This document shows positions 18,576-27,091 of a DNA stretch of 64,000 bases, one piece after another (within the stretch, counting starts at the first letter, position 1; each line of letters begins with the position of its first letter). The DNA lies in NCBI GenBank assembly GCA_048594925.1, contig JBMDXR010000077.1, forward strand, positions 48,315 through 112,314, in the 5' to 3' direction. The DNA is from Gaiellaceae bacterium. GTDB taxonomy: Bacteria > Actinomycetota > Thermoleophilia > Gaiellales > Gaiellaceae. Below the pieces are notes generated by a model. That model did no database searches. It was not told the DNA's origin and saw nothing but the letters and a program-made list of their open reading frames with translations. The translations under genes were made by a program, and so were the position numbers.

Positions 18576-19577
18576 TCAGTTCTCGACGACGCGGTCGACG
18601 AGCTCGACGCGACTCCCGAGCCGCTCGAGGTCCGCGTCGACGAGCAGATGCACGAGCTCGTCGAAGTCGAGCGAAGGGCTCCATCCGAGCCGCTCACGGG
18701 TACGAGAAGGGTCGCCGACGAGGTCGTAGAGCTCGGCCTTCCCGCGCACGAGCGCGTCGTCCTGCCTGACGTGCTCCCGCCAATCCAGCCCCACGTAGGA
18801 GAAAGCCGTCTCGACCAGGTCCTCGACGCTGTGGCTCTCGCCGCTCGCGATGACGTATTCGCCGCCCTCGTCCTGTTGGAGCATCAGCCACATCGCCCGC
18901 ACGTAGTCGACGGCGTAGCCCCAGTCGCGACGCGCGTCGAGGCTGCCCAGGGAGACCTCGCTCTCGAGCCCGAGGCTCACCGCAGCCGCGCCATGAGCGA
19001 CCTTTCGCGTCACGTACTCGAGCGGTCGTCGCGGAGACTCGTGGTTGTAGAGGATTCCGGACGACGCGTGGAGACCGTATCGCCGGCGATAGCTCCGGGT
19101 GATGAAGTGTGCGTAGGCCTTTGCCACGCCGTACGGCGTGACCGGCGCCAGCGGTGTGTCCTCGTTCTGCGGTACTTCACGCGGCTCTCCGAAGATCTCG
19201 CTCGAGGACGCCTGGTAGAAGCGGATCGAGTCGTCGACGCGGCGTATCGCCTCGAGGAGAGCCGTGCACCCGACGGCCGCGAACTCGGCCGTGAGCACCG
19301 GCTGTCGCCACGACATGGGGACGAAAGACGGCGAGGCGAGGTTGTACACCTCGTGCGGCCGGCACGACGAGAGGACGTCGACGAGCGAGAGCTCGTCCAG
19401 CACGTCCGCCTGGAAGAGCTCGAGGCTCGGGCGGACGGCGTCGAGGTTCTCGAACCTGGTGGACACCGTCTGCCGAACGACGCCGAAGACCTCGTACCCC
19501 TCGGACAGCAGAAGCTCGGAGAGATACGAGCCATCCTGGCCGGCAATGCCGATGATGAGTGCGCGCCTCGACGCCAC
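18576..19577 (-). CDS. gmd: GDP-mannose 4,6-dehydratase
   Basis: GTG 19577. Motifs: ALIIGIAGQDGSYLSELLL, YGVAKAYAHF and ILYNHESPRR. Confidence 0.9.
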   Translation of the reverse strand: MASRRALIIGIAGQDGSYLSELLLSEGYEVFGVVRQTVSTRFENLDAVRPSLELFQADVLDELSLVDVLSSCRPHEVYNLASPSFVPMSWRQPVLTAEFAAVGCTALLEAIRRVDDSIRFYQASSSEIFGEPREVPQNEDTPLAPVTPYGVAKAYAHFITRSYRRRYGLHASSGILYNHESPRRPLEYVTRKVAHGAAAVSLGLESEVSLGSLDARRDWGYAVDYVRAMWLMLQQDEGGEYVIASGESHSVEDLVETAFSYVGLDWREHVRQDDALVRGKAELYDLVGDPSRTRERLGWSPSLDFDELVHLLVDADLERLGSRVELVDRVVEN

Positions 19578-19592
19578 GACTGAAGCCGAACC

Positions 19593-20369
19593 CTAGCGGC
19601 GGGGCTCCGCCACGGCCCAGATCTCGCCCCATGCGAGGATCAGCTCGGTCACGTCCAGGCCGGCCTCGCCGAGCTCCTTCCGAAACAGGTGCTCGTCGTA
19701 CTCGATGTCGTGGTCGCGATCCCAGTACGACGGCAGCCCCACCTCCGCCTTCAGGGCAACGGTCCAATCGCGGTGATGCACGGGAACGCGGAGCAGGAGT
19801 CGGTCCGGATCTGCTGAGGTGACGACGTCCAGCAGGAACGCCACGCGGGCAGCGAGATGCTCGAGGACGTTCGACATGACGACGACGTCGAAGCGGCCGG
19901 ACGGAAGCCCGTCCAGAACGTCACCCTCCCGGAAGTCGAGCCGCTCGTGGACGAAGTGCGAGCGCGCGAACGCGACATGGCTGGGGTCGTGATCGATCCC
20001 GACCACACTCGCGCCGCTTCGCGTCACGAGGTCGTATGCGAGCTCGCCCTTGCCGGAGCCGATGTCGAGCACGGTGTCGCCGGGCTTGACGCGGTCGACG
20101 AAGAAGTCGTGGTACCGCGTCAGGCGGTGCTTCGGATGGATGCCGTCGTCGTAGGCGATCGCGGCAAGGTCGAGCTCTCGGTAGACGTCGTCGTACGTCC
20201 CGAGGAGCTCACGCACACCGCGCCGTCGATCGGGATCGGATCGAAGCACCGAGAGCCAGAAGCGGACGAGCGGACGCCAGGCCCACCGCGGCATGAGGTA
20301 GCGGAAAGGCGAGCGCGGCGTTCGCCGCGCCGCGGCACGTAGGACACGACTGGGTGACACGCGTCTCAC
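19593..20369 (-). CDS. class I SAM-dependent methyltransferase
   Basis: GTG 20369 lies in a GTGA overlap. Motifs are VLDIGSGKGELAYDL (motif I) and FDVVVMSNVLEHL. Confidence 0.8.
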   Translation of the reverse strand: MRRVSPSRVLRAAARRTPRSPFRYLMPRWAWRPLVRFWLSVLRSDPDRRRGVRELLGTYDDVYRELDLAAIAYDDGIHPKHRLTRYHDFFVDRVKPGDTVLDIGSGKGELAYDLVTRSGASVVGIDHDPSHVAFARSHFVHERLDFREGDVLDGLPSGRFDVVVMSNVLEHLAARVAFLLDVVTSADPDRLLLRVPVHHRDWTVALKAEVGLPSYWDRDHDIEYDEHLFRKELGEAGLDVTELILAWGEIWAVAEPRR

Positions 20370-21472
20370 CGCTCGGCGGCCTCGACGTAGCCCTGCAGGA
20401 AGTCGTTCCAGAGAGGATCGAGCCGCTCGTACGCATACGCCTCGGCTGTTTCTCGACCTGCCGCCGTCACGGACTCCCCGCCATCCCGAACCCCGATCAC
20501 GGACTCCGCCAGTGACGCCACGTCCTCGACGTCCACGAGCCAGCCGTTGCGGCCGTGCTCGACGATCTCCTGCGCCTGTCCCACGCGCGTCGTGACGAGT
20601 GGAATGCCGGAAGCCATCGACTCGAGGACGGCCTTGGGGCCTCCCTCCTGCCTGGACGGTACGACATAGACGTCCAGCGCGTGATACGCGCGCCCGAGCC
20701 CCGCGCGATCGTCCATGAGCACGTGCCGGCTGGGAACTGCAAGCCGGTCGAGCTCGCTGCGAACGTAGCCGCGTGCACGACCCGTGAGGAGGACGAAGAG
20801 CTCGGGCACATCCTCCTTGATTCGCTCCAGAGCCGCGACGAGCACGTCCGGGCCCTTGAAGAGCTTCGGCTCGAGCCCATCTTCCCAGCCGACGCCGTCC
20901 TTCTGGAACGATCCGACGACGAAGGCGCTGTCCGGAATCCCGAGCTCCTCACGAGCCCGACGCCGTGAGCCCGGCTCGACGAGAGGGAAGTGCTCGAGGT
21001 CGATTCCGATGGGGATGACGTGCACGGCCGCCTGGTCGACGCCGGCTTGGAGGACGAGATCGCGCATCTCCCGGTGCGTGACCTGAATCCGGGCGAAGCG
21101 TCCGGGCGACGCGCGAAGTCCCTCGTACGCGCGGTCGAACTCGGGCGAGCCGGGGGTTCCCGGCCTGCCGTGGAGGTACGCCGTGGAAAGGCGATGAGAC
21201 GACCCGAGCCACCGCGGCTGGAGCGCCTCGAAGTGACTCGCGAGGAAGACCGCCTGGTCGTTGGCGAACCGCGCCCACCTCGACGGAGCCACCTCGTACC
21301 CGAGACGACGTGCGGTCTCTTCGAGGTGCCGCGCATCCTCGTCCACCGACCAGCCGGTCCGCTCGCCGACCGCGAACAGCCTGGTGTGAGGAGGCCACGA
21401 GCGCGTCCGGAGCCGGACGGCTCGTCCGGCGAGGAAGCGTGCAGGCGGAGCGGCGACCTCGCGAAACGTCAC
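20366..21472 (-). CDS. GT4 glycosyltransferase
   Basis: GTG 21472 lies in a GTGA overlap with the upstream stop. The motif is VVPSRQEGGPKAVLESMASGIPLVTTRVGQAQEIV. The 715-aa ORF-track product is a run-through. Confidence 0.8.
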   Translation of the reverse strand: MTFREVAAPPARFLAGRAVRLRTRSWPPHTRLFAVGERTGWSVDEDARHLEETARRLGYEVAPSRWARFANDQAVFLASHFEALQPRWLGSSHRLSTAYLHGRPGTPGSPEFDRAYEGLRASPGRFARIQVTHREMRDLVLQAGVDQAAVHVIPIGIDLEHFPLVEPGSRRRAREELGIPDSAFVVGSFQKDGVGWEDGLEPKLFKGPDVLVAALERIKEDVPELFVLLTGRARGYVRSELDRLAVPSRHVLMDDRAGLGRAYHALDVYVVPSRQEGGPKAVLESMASGIPLVTTRVGQAQEIVEHGRNGWLVDVEDVASLAESVIGVRDGGESVTAAGRETAEAYAYERLDPLWNDFLQGYVEAAER

Positions 21473-22473
21473 CCCGAGAGCACCTCCAGGTAGCGATCGG
21501 CGACGTCGGAGAGCGGAGTGACTCGAATTGCCGCTCGTCTCTCCTCGAGCTCTGCCACCAGGTGATCGAGCGCCGCCGGCACCTCGTCCGGCTCGGAGAA
21601 CGGAATCCCAGCATCCCCCACGAGCTCCGGGTGGCCGCCGCTCGCCCGGAACACCGCAGGCAAGCCGCTCGCGAGTCCTTCGAGGAGCGCGTTCGAGCAC
21701 GGGTCGTTCCGGCTCGGCGCCAGGTAGACGTCGCTGCATCGCAGCTCGGCGGCGAGCGGCTCCAGCGGGATCGGGCCCAGAGTGCGAATACGCTGAAACG
21801 ACTCCGAGGCGCGCCCCGCGAAGGTCAGCTCGTACCGGTCGTGGTCGAGGTTCTCGTCGAGCCACGTGAGCACGTCCGTGCCCTTGTTCGGGTTGTCGGA
21901 CCAGCTCGTCGCGATGACCCGGACGCGCCGGCCCGCGAGCGGCTCGCGCGCGTCGGGAGGATGGAACAGCCCTGGGTCGACGGTGTTCGCGATCAGCTGC
22001 GGATCGGCGAGGTCGATCCCCAGAGCGCGATGGGCCTCCAGGCTGTAGCGGGACTGGACGATCGTCGCGTCCGCCAGCTCGCGGTTGATCTCGGCGATTC
22101 GTGCATCGGTCCCGTCGTCGAACCCGCGATACGTGCCGATCGGCCCGTCGACGCGATGCACGAAGCGCACGTCGCCTCGCGCAAGTCGCCGAAGGCGGCG
22201 GAAGTCGAAATTGAACGAGTTGAACAGGCAGGTCCGCGTGCCGGCGGAGATGCGATTCGTCTCGACGACGGCGCCGCGCCGCTCGAGCTCGGCGACGAGC
22301 GCTCGGAGGAACTGATGGCCTCCACCGGTCGGTGGCGGCGCGAACTCGTGGAAGAGCGCGACGTCCGCCCCGTCGTTTGCTCGGAGGCGGACGCGATCGA
22401 CCTCCGTTCCGGCCGCACGCGCCGCAGCACCGAAGGCCCGGCGCGCTCGGAAGTACAGCCCGCGCAACGTCAT
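21469..22473 (-). CDS. GT4-like glycosyltransferase
   Basis: ATG 22473 lies in an ATGA overlap. The motif is YLAPSRNDPCSNALLEGLASGLPAVFRASGGHPELV. Confidence 0.8.
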   Translation of the reverse strand: MTLRGLYFRARRAFGAAARAAGTEVDRVRLRANDGADVALFHEFAPPPTGGGHQFLRALVAELERRGAVVETNRISAGTRTCLFNSFNFDFRRLRRLARGDVRFVHRVDGPIGTYRGFDDGTDARIAEINRELADATIVQSRYSLEAHRALGIDLADPQLIANTVDPGLFHPPDAREPLAGRRVRVIATSWSDNPNKGTDVLTWLDENLDHDRYELTFAGRASESFQRIRTLGPIPLEPLAAELRCSDVYLAPSRNDPCSNALLEGLASGLPAVFRASGGHPELVGDAGIPFSEPDEVPAALDHLVAELEERRAAIRVTPLSDVADRYLEVLSG

Positions 22474-23603
22474 CCGGCGTCCGCAGCGTCGATGAGGACG
22501 CGGCGAATCTCACTCGTGTACCCGGCCCACGTGAGATTTCGCTCGACGGTCTCGCGGGCTCGCAGCCCGAGTCCTGCAGCGAGCCAGTGGTCGTCGAGCA
22601 CGTTCACGACAGCGTGCTCCAGAGCGGCGAGATCGCCAGCCGGGACGAGGCGGCAGTTCACGCCGTCTTCGAGGTGGTAGCCGCGTGCGATCGCTGCGGT
22701 CCGCGTGACCACGACCGCCTTCCCGCACGCCATCGACTGCAGCAGGGTCGTGGTCGCCCCGGAGTACGTGTTCTCACGCACCGGGAGCGCCACGACACGG
22801 GCGCCGACGAGCCGTTCGCGAATGCCGGCGAACGGCACGTCCACCTCGAGCCGGACGTTCGCGGGCAGCGCCCCGAGCGAGCGCGCGTTGTCGGCCGACG
22901 CGACGACGCGGAACGAGCGGTCCGGGAGCCGCCGCGCCAGCTCGACGAGCAGCGGGAAGTCGCGTCTCGGGTCGGCGCCCACGGAGACGACGTCGTGCTG
23001 GGGCTGTGCGTCCGAGTCGGGGCGGAAGTAGTCTGTGTCGACGCCGAACGCGACGAATTCGACCCGGGGGCCGTGCTCGCCGAGCCACGCCCGCAGCTCG
23101 TCCACCTCGCCCCGGCCGTAGGCCACGATCGTGTGCAGTCGCCGGAATGCGTCGACAAAGAGACGCCTCGCAGCGGGCCCTCGAAGCCGTCCGAGCCGCT
23201 CCGGCAGACCGATCGCGGCGTAGACCACCGGGGGCCTGACGCGACCGAGCCGTCCGAGGAGGGCCAGCGGGATGCCCACGGTGTCGACGGTCGAGAGCAC
23301 GACGTCGGTGCGGTTGAGGGCAGCGAGCGACGCGAGCACGCGCGCGAAGTCTCCCGAGTAGCCACCTCCGAGCCGCACAGCGCGGTCGAGGACCCGCGCC
23401 GTCGCCCGCTCGCGAGGACCGGGCTCGAATCGAGACTCGAGGTCGTGCTGGGTCGCAAAGCCCGCTCGCGCCAGCTCGTCGAGGCCGTACAGGCTGTAGC
23501 GGGACGGATCTCCGACGGGTGACCGCAATGCCTCCCGTCGCAGCGCGGAGTCGCGAAAGAGGACGAACGCGCTCGGCTGGGTGCGCGGGCTGCCCTCGGT
23601 CAC
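22470..23603 (-). CDS. GT4 glycosyltransferase
   Basis: The motif is VVALPVRENTYSGATTTLLQSMACGKAVVVTRT. The start is GTG 23603. The alternative GTG 23642 would overlap the divergent dioxygenase gene. Confidence 0.8.
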   Translation of the reverse strand: MTEGSPRTQPSAFVLFRDSALRREALRSPVGDPSRYSLYGLDELARAGFATQHDLESRFEPGPRERATARVLDRAVRLGGGYSGDFARVLASLAALNRTDVVLSTVDTVGIPLALLGRLGRVRPPVVYAAIGLPERLGRLRGPAARRLFVDAFRRLHTIVAYGRGEVDELRAWLGEHGPRVEFVAFGVDTDYFRPDSDAQPQHDVVSVGADPRRDFPLLVELARRLPDRSFRVVASADNARSLGALPANVRLEVDVPFAGIRERLVGARVVALPVRENTYSGATTTLLQSMACGKAVVVTRTAAIARGYHLEDGVNCRLVPAGDLAALEHAVVNVLDDHWLAAGLGLRARETVERNLTWAGYTSEIRRVLIDAADAG

Positions 23604-23623
23604 GTGGGGTAGCGTAAGGCGTC

Positions 23624-24562
23624 GTGCACCGGACGAAGACACGCTTCGCGGCGCGCGTGAACCATGTCGCTTCCGCGCTCGAGCGACGGGGCATTCGGGC
23701 GACGTACACCCTCCACGACCGCGTCCTCTCGAACCGCTCGAGCCGCCGCCACTTCGCCGGCTCGGCGCCCGAGCTCGACGACGTCCAGCAGCGGATCGTG
23801 TCCGAGCTCTCGGCCGACGGGTACTGCGTCATCCCCTTCGCCGAGCTCTTTCCGGACGGAGAGGCGTGGCCTGCCATCGAGGAGCAGGCCTCGCGGTTCG
23901 TCGCCGAGACGGAGGCCGGGCTTGCGGGAGACCGCGAGGCTCTCCGGGTCCGCGCGGGGAAGGAGTTCGTGGTCCGGCTTCACAGCTACGGCGTCGAGCT
24001 CGGCCTGGACGACCCCTGGTTCGCGATGTGCGCGTCCCATCGCATGCTCGACACCGCGAACACCTACCTCGGCCTCTGGTCGAAGCTCGAGTACGTGGAC
24101 CTGTGGTACTCGGTGCCGCAAGCTCCCGATGCGGACCGGAAGGCGTCACAGCGCTGGCACCGAGACTTCAACGACAAGCATCTCCTGAAGGCGTTCCTCT
24201 ACCTCGTCGACGTCGACGAGGGCACCGGGCCGTTCGAGTACGTGCCGGGGAGCGCGCCCGGCGGACGCTACGCCGACGCCTGGCCCTGGCGGCCGCTCGG
24301 CGAGAACTATCCGCCCGACGGCGAGCTCGAGAAGCGGATTCCGGAGGACGGCATCCGCACGTTCACCGCGCCGAAGGCGACGATGGTCTTCTGCAACACG
24401 TCGGGATTCCATCGCGGCGGCTTCGCGACCGAGAAGCCGCGCGTGCTCGCGACCGTGACCTACTCCTCGCCGGCTTCGCTGGCGTCGCTGACCGAGCGGA
24501 GCTACCGGTTCACCGGATCGCTCGACGAGCTCGACGCGGTCATACGGTTCGCGCTCACCTGA
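23624..24562 (+). CDS. PhyH-like Fe(II)/2-oxoglutarate-dependent dioxygenase
   Basis: GTG 23624. WHRDF (HxD), GPFEYVPGS and FHRGG are laid out as in phytanoyl-CoA-dioxygenase-family proteins. Confidence 0.7.
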   Translation: MHRTKTRFAARVNHVASALERRGIRATYTLHDRVLSNRSSRRHFAGSAPELDDVQQRIVSELSADGYCVIPFAELFPDGEAWPAIEEQASRFVAETEAGLAGDREALRVRAGKEFVVRLHSYGVELGLDDPWFAMCASHRMLDTANTYLGLWSKLEYVDLWYSVPQAPDADRKASQRWHRDFNDKHLLKAFLYLVDVDEGTGPFEYVPGSAPGGRYADAWPWRPLGENYPPDGELEKRIPEDGIRTFTAPKATMVFCNTSGFHRGGFATEKPRVLATVTYSSPASLASLTERSYRFTGSLDELDAVIRFALT

Positions 24563-25386
24563 GCCGCGAGCTCGCGCAGACCCTCGACCGCCTCGACCCG
24601 ATCCTCCCGTTCGGTGCTCCGAAAGATCGGAACCCGGTCCTCCACGCGGTACGACCGCGGCGGGTGCCACACATGCATGACCGTCGACCCCGGCCCGGCC
24701 CATCCACAGCGCAGCCCGCGGCGTCGTAGCCGGATCGCGAGGTCCTGATCCTCGCCGTCGTCGACGCGCGAACAGCGAGTGTCGTAGCCGTTGACGCGCT
24801 CGAAGTCCGAGCGGAAGACGCCGACGAGCGAGTACGCCAGATCGGGCGGAGTGAACTCTGCACTGCCCGATCGCCATGGCCGTCGCCGGTCCCTGAGCGG
24901 GAGGAGGTAGCCGGGCCGACCGATCTCGCGCGGCGCGCGGACGAACCACTCCCAGGCCGACCACCTCCAGATCGGCAGGTCCTGCCCCAGGACTCGACGC
25001 GAGAAGCTTTCTCCGAGCATCACGCGCTTGGTGGAGACGAACCAGCCCGGGCGTGCCGCCTTGCGAATCGCGCTCAGGAAGCCGCGACGCGGGACGCAGT
25101 CGGCGTCGAGGAAGACGAGGTAGTCGCCGCGCGCGGTGAGCGCCGCCAGGTCGAGCACGCGTGCCTTTCGAAACCCGTTCTTCGGCTGCCGGACGTGGGC
25201 GAGGTCCATGTCGTCGCTCCACCGCTCGACCACCCTGCGAACGTCCGCTCCGGACCCGTCGTCGGCGACGATCACCTCGACCCGCTCTCCGCGCTGATCG
25301 GCGAGCGCGCCGAGGACCATGTTCAGCACATCCGCCCGCTCGTACGTCGCGAGAACGACCGAGATGGTCGGGTCGACAGCGCTCAC
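24502..25386 (-). CDS. GT2 glycosyltransferase (paralogue A of a tandem pair)
   Basis: GTG 25386 lies in a GTGA overlap. Motifs: ISVVLATYERADVL, VIVADDGSGAD, FLDADCVP and DDGEDQDL. Confidence 0.85.
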   Translation of the reverse strand: MSAVDPTISVVLATYERADVLNMVLGALADQRGERVEVIVADDGSGADVRRVVERWSDDMDLAHVRQPKNGFRKARVLDLAALTARGDYLVFLDADCVPRRGFLSAIRKAARPGWFVSTKRVMLGESFSRRVLGQDLPIWRWSAWEWFVRAPREIGRPGYLLPLRDRRRPWRSGSAEFTPPDLAYSLVGVFRSDFERVNGYDTRCSRVDDGEDQDLAIRLRRRGLRCGWAGPGSTVMHVWHPPRSYRVEDRVPIFRSTEREDRVEAVEGLRELAAQVSANRMTASSSSSDPVNR

Positions 25387-26273
25387 GTGCCGGCGGTTTC
25401 GACCTTCTCTAGGGCGACCTCTGCCGCGAGCTCACGCAAGCCGGCGACCGCCTGCACTCGGGTGGCCGAGGCGGTCTCCTCGACGAGGGACCTGTTCGAC
25501 GGGGTCTGCCCCTGTCGCTCCTCGTGCCACAGGTGCAACAAGGTCGCGCTCGCTCCGGGCCAGCCACAGCGAAGGCCCGCGCGCCGAAGTCGGGTCGCGA
25601 GATCGACGTCCTCGCCGCCCCAGCCGGTGAACCGCATGTCGAAGCCGTTCACTCGCTCGAGGTCGTGGCGTGCGACACCGAGGAAGAACCCGTATCCGTC
25701 GTACGGAGGAGCGAAGTCGGGCTGTTCGGGACGCCACGGGCGCCGTCGATCGCGAACCGGGAGGAGCAGCCCGGGACGTCCGGCTTCACGCGGCGCCACC
25801 AGCACCTCTCGCGGGGCGGTCAGGAACCAGCGGAGCGTCGACCAGCGCCAGACGGGCACGTGCTCCCGCAACACCCGACCGGAGAGGCGCGCGCTCAGGT
25901 TGAGACGCTTGCTCGCGAGGAACCAGCCCGGCAGGGCGGCCCTTCGGACTGCCTCGACGAACCCGTGACGCGGCACGCAGTCCCCGTCGAGAAACACGAG
26001 GTAGCTCCCGGTTGTGGCCAGAGCCGCGAGGTTCAGGCTCCGCGCCCGCCGATAGCCGTCGTCCGGCTGCCACGAGTGCCGCACTCCGCCGGCGAACGCC
26101 GATTGCCAGCGATCGACGACCTCCCTCGTGTCGGCGCCTGACCCGTCGTCGGCGACGACCACCTCGAACGTGCTGCCTCGCTGATCGGAGAGTGCCTGCA
26201 GCATCAAGTCGAGGGCCTCCGGCCACTCGTAGGTTGCGACGACGACGCTGATCTTCGATGTCGCGCTGGTCAC
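25383..26273 (-). CDS. GT2 glycosyltransferase (paralogue B of a tandem pair)
   Basis: GTG 26273 lies in a GTGA overlap. Motifs: ISVVVATYEWPEAL, VVVADDGSGAD, FLDGDCVP and WGGEDVDL. It is collinear with 24502..25386 over its full length. Confidence 0.85.
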   Translation of the reverse strand: MTSATSKISVVVATYEWPEALDLMLQALSDQRGSTFEVVVADDGSGADTREVVDRWQSAFAGGVRHSWQPDDGYRRARSLNLAALATTGSYLVFLDGDCVPRHGFVEAVRRAALPGWFLASKRLNLSARLSGRVLREHVPVWRWSTLRWFLTAPREVLVAPREAGRPGLLLPVRDRRRPWRPEQPDFAPPYDGYGFFLGVARHDLERVNGFDMRFTGWGGEDVDLATRLRRAGLRCGWPGASATLLHLWHEERQGQTPSNRSLVEETASATRVQAVAGLRELAAEVALEKVETAGT

Positions 26274-27082
26274 GGGAAGAACGGTGACGCATCGACGGTG
26301 ACGCGTTCGCCGCGGCGGTACTTCTCGGCCTTCCACTCGGAGTGCTGGCGACTCTGCCCCGTCTCCCGCCGAAGGCCACGCCGCGCGAGGCGCTCGAGCG
26401 GCCCGAGGAGCCCGCGCCGGAAGGCGCGCGTCTCGGCAAGGTTCGCCCGCCCCGTTTCGGGAACGTCTCGATCGGTGCTCGAGCGAGCGAGGAAGCACAC
26501 GTGAAGGGTGCGGAACGGGCTCTCGTCCCAGCCCACCTCCATACCCAGATGTCGCCAGCTCTCGAGGTCGTAGCCCGGGCGAAACTCGATGTCACCGCCA
26601 TGGAGCCGCTCTGCGCGAACACTTGACCACCCTTCGATTGCGCCGAAGTTCAGCAGCCCGACGAGTGGGCGACTCGGAGGTGACAGGTAGCCGGAGGCAA
26701 GCGAGCGCGACGAGTCGAGCTCGTCGCAGTGAAGACCTGCAGGACGGACCCGAAACACATCGCCGAACTCGCCGCCTTCGAGCTGCCCTCGCAGGCGACC
26801 GAGCCCGGCGGGCTCGTACAGCTCGTCCCCGTCGACCGAAAGGATCCAGGTGTCCGTCCCCGCGAACGGCTCGATCAGCGAGTGCGACTCCGCCGAGTGC
26901 GCGATGCGTCGCACCTCGAGATGATCGAGCTCGCGCGAGAGGTCGCGCAGGATCTCCGGGGTTCGGTCGGTCGACCGGTGATCCGCGACGAGGATCCGAT
27001 CGCAGAACTCCGCGACGTTCAGAAGCGCCTGACGGATGAAGCGATCCTCGTTGCGGACGAGTGTGATCCCGACGACCTGCAC
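26270..27082 (-). CDS. GT-A-like (Glyco_tranf_2_4-type) putative glycosyltransferase
   Basis: GTG 27082. Motifs: ITLVRNEDRFIRQAL, ILVADHRSTDRT and SVDGDELY. It is a distant relative of the 29262-32205 trio. Confidence 0.65.
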   Translation of the reverse strand: MQVVGITLVRNEDRFIRQALLNVAEFCDRILVADHRSTDRTPEILRDLSRELDHLEVRRIAHSAESHSLIEPFAGTDTWILSVDGDELYEPAGLGRLRGQLEGGEFGDVFRVRPAGLHCDELDSSRSLASGYLSPPSRPLVGLLNFGAIEGWSSVRAERLHGGDIEFRPGYDLESWRHLGMEVGWDESPFRTLHVCFLARSSTDRDVPETGRANLAETRAFRRGLLGPLERLARRGLRRETGQSRQHSEWKAEKYRRGERVTVDASPFFP

Positions 27083-27091
27083 GCGTCGTGC

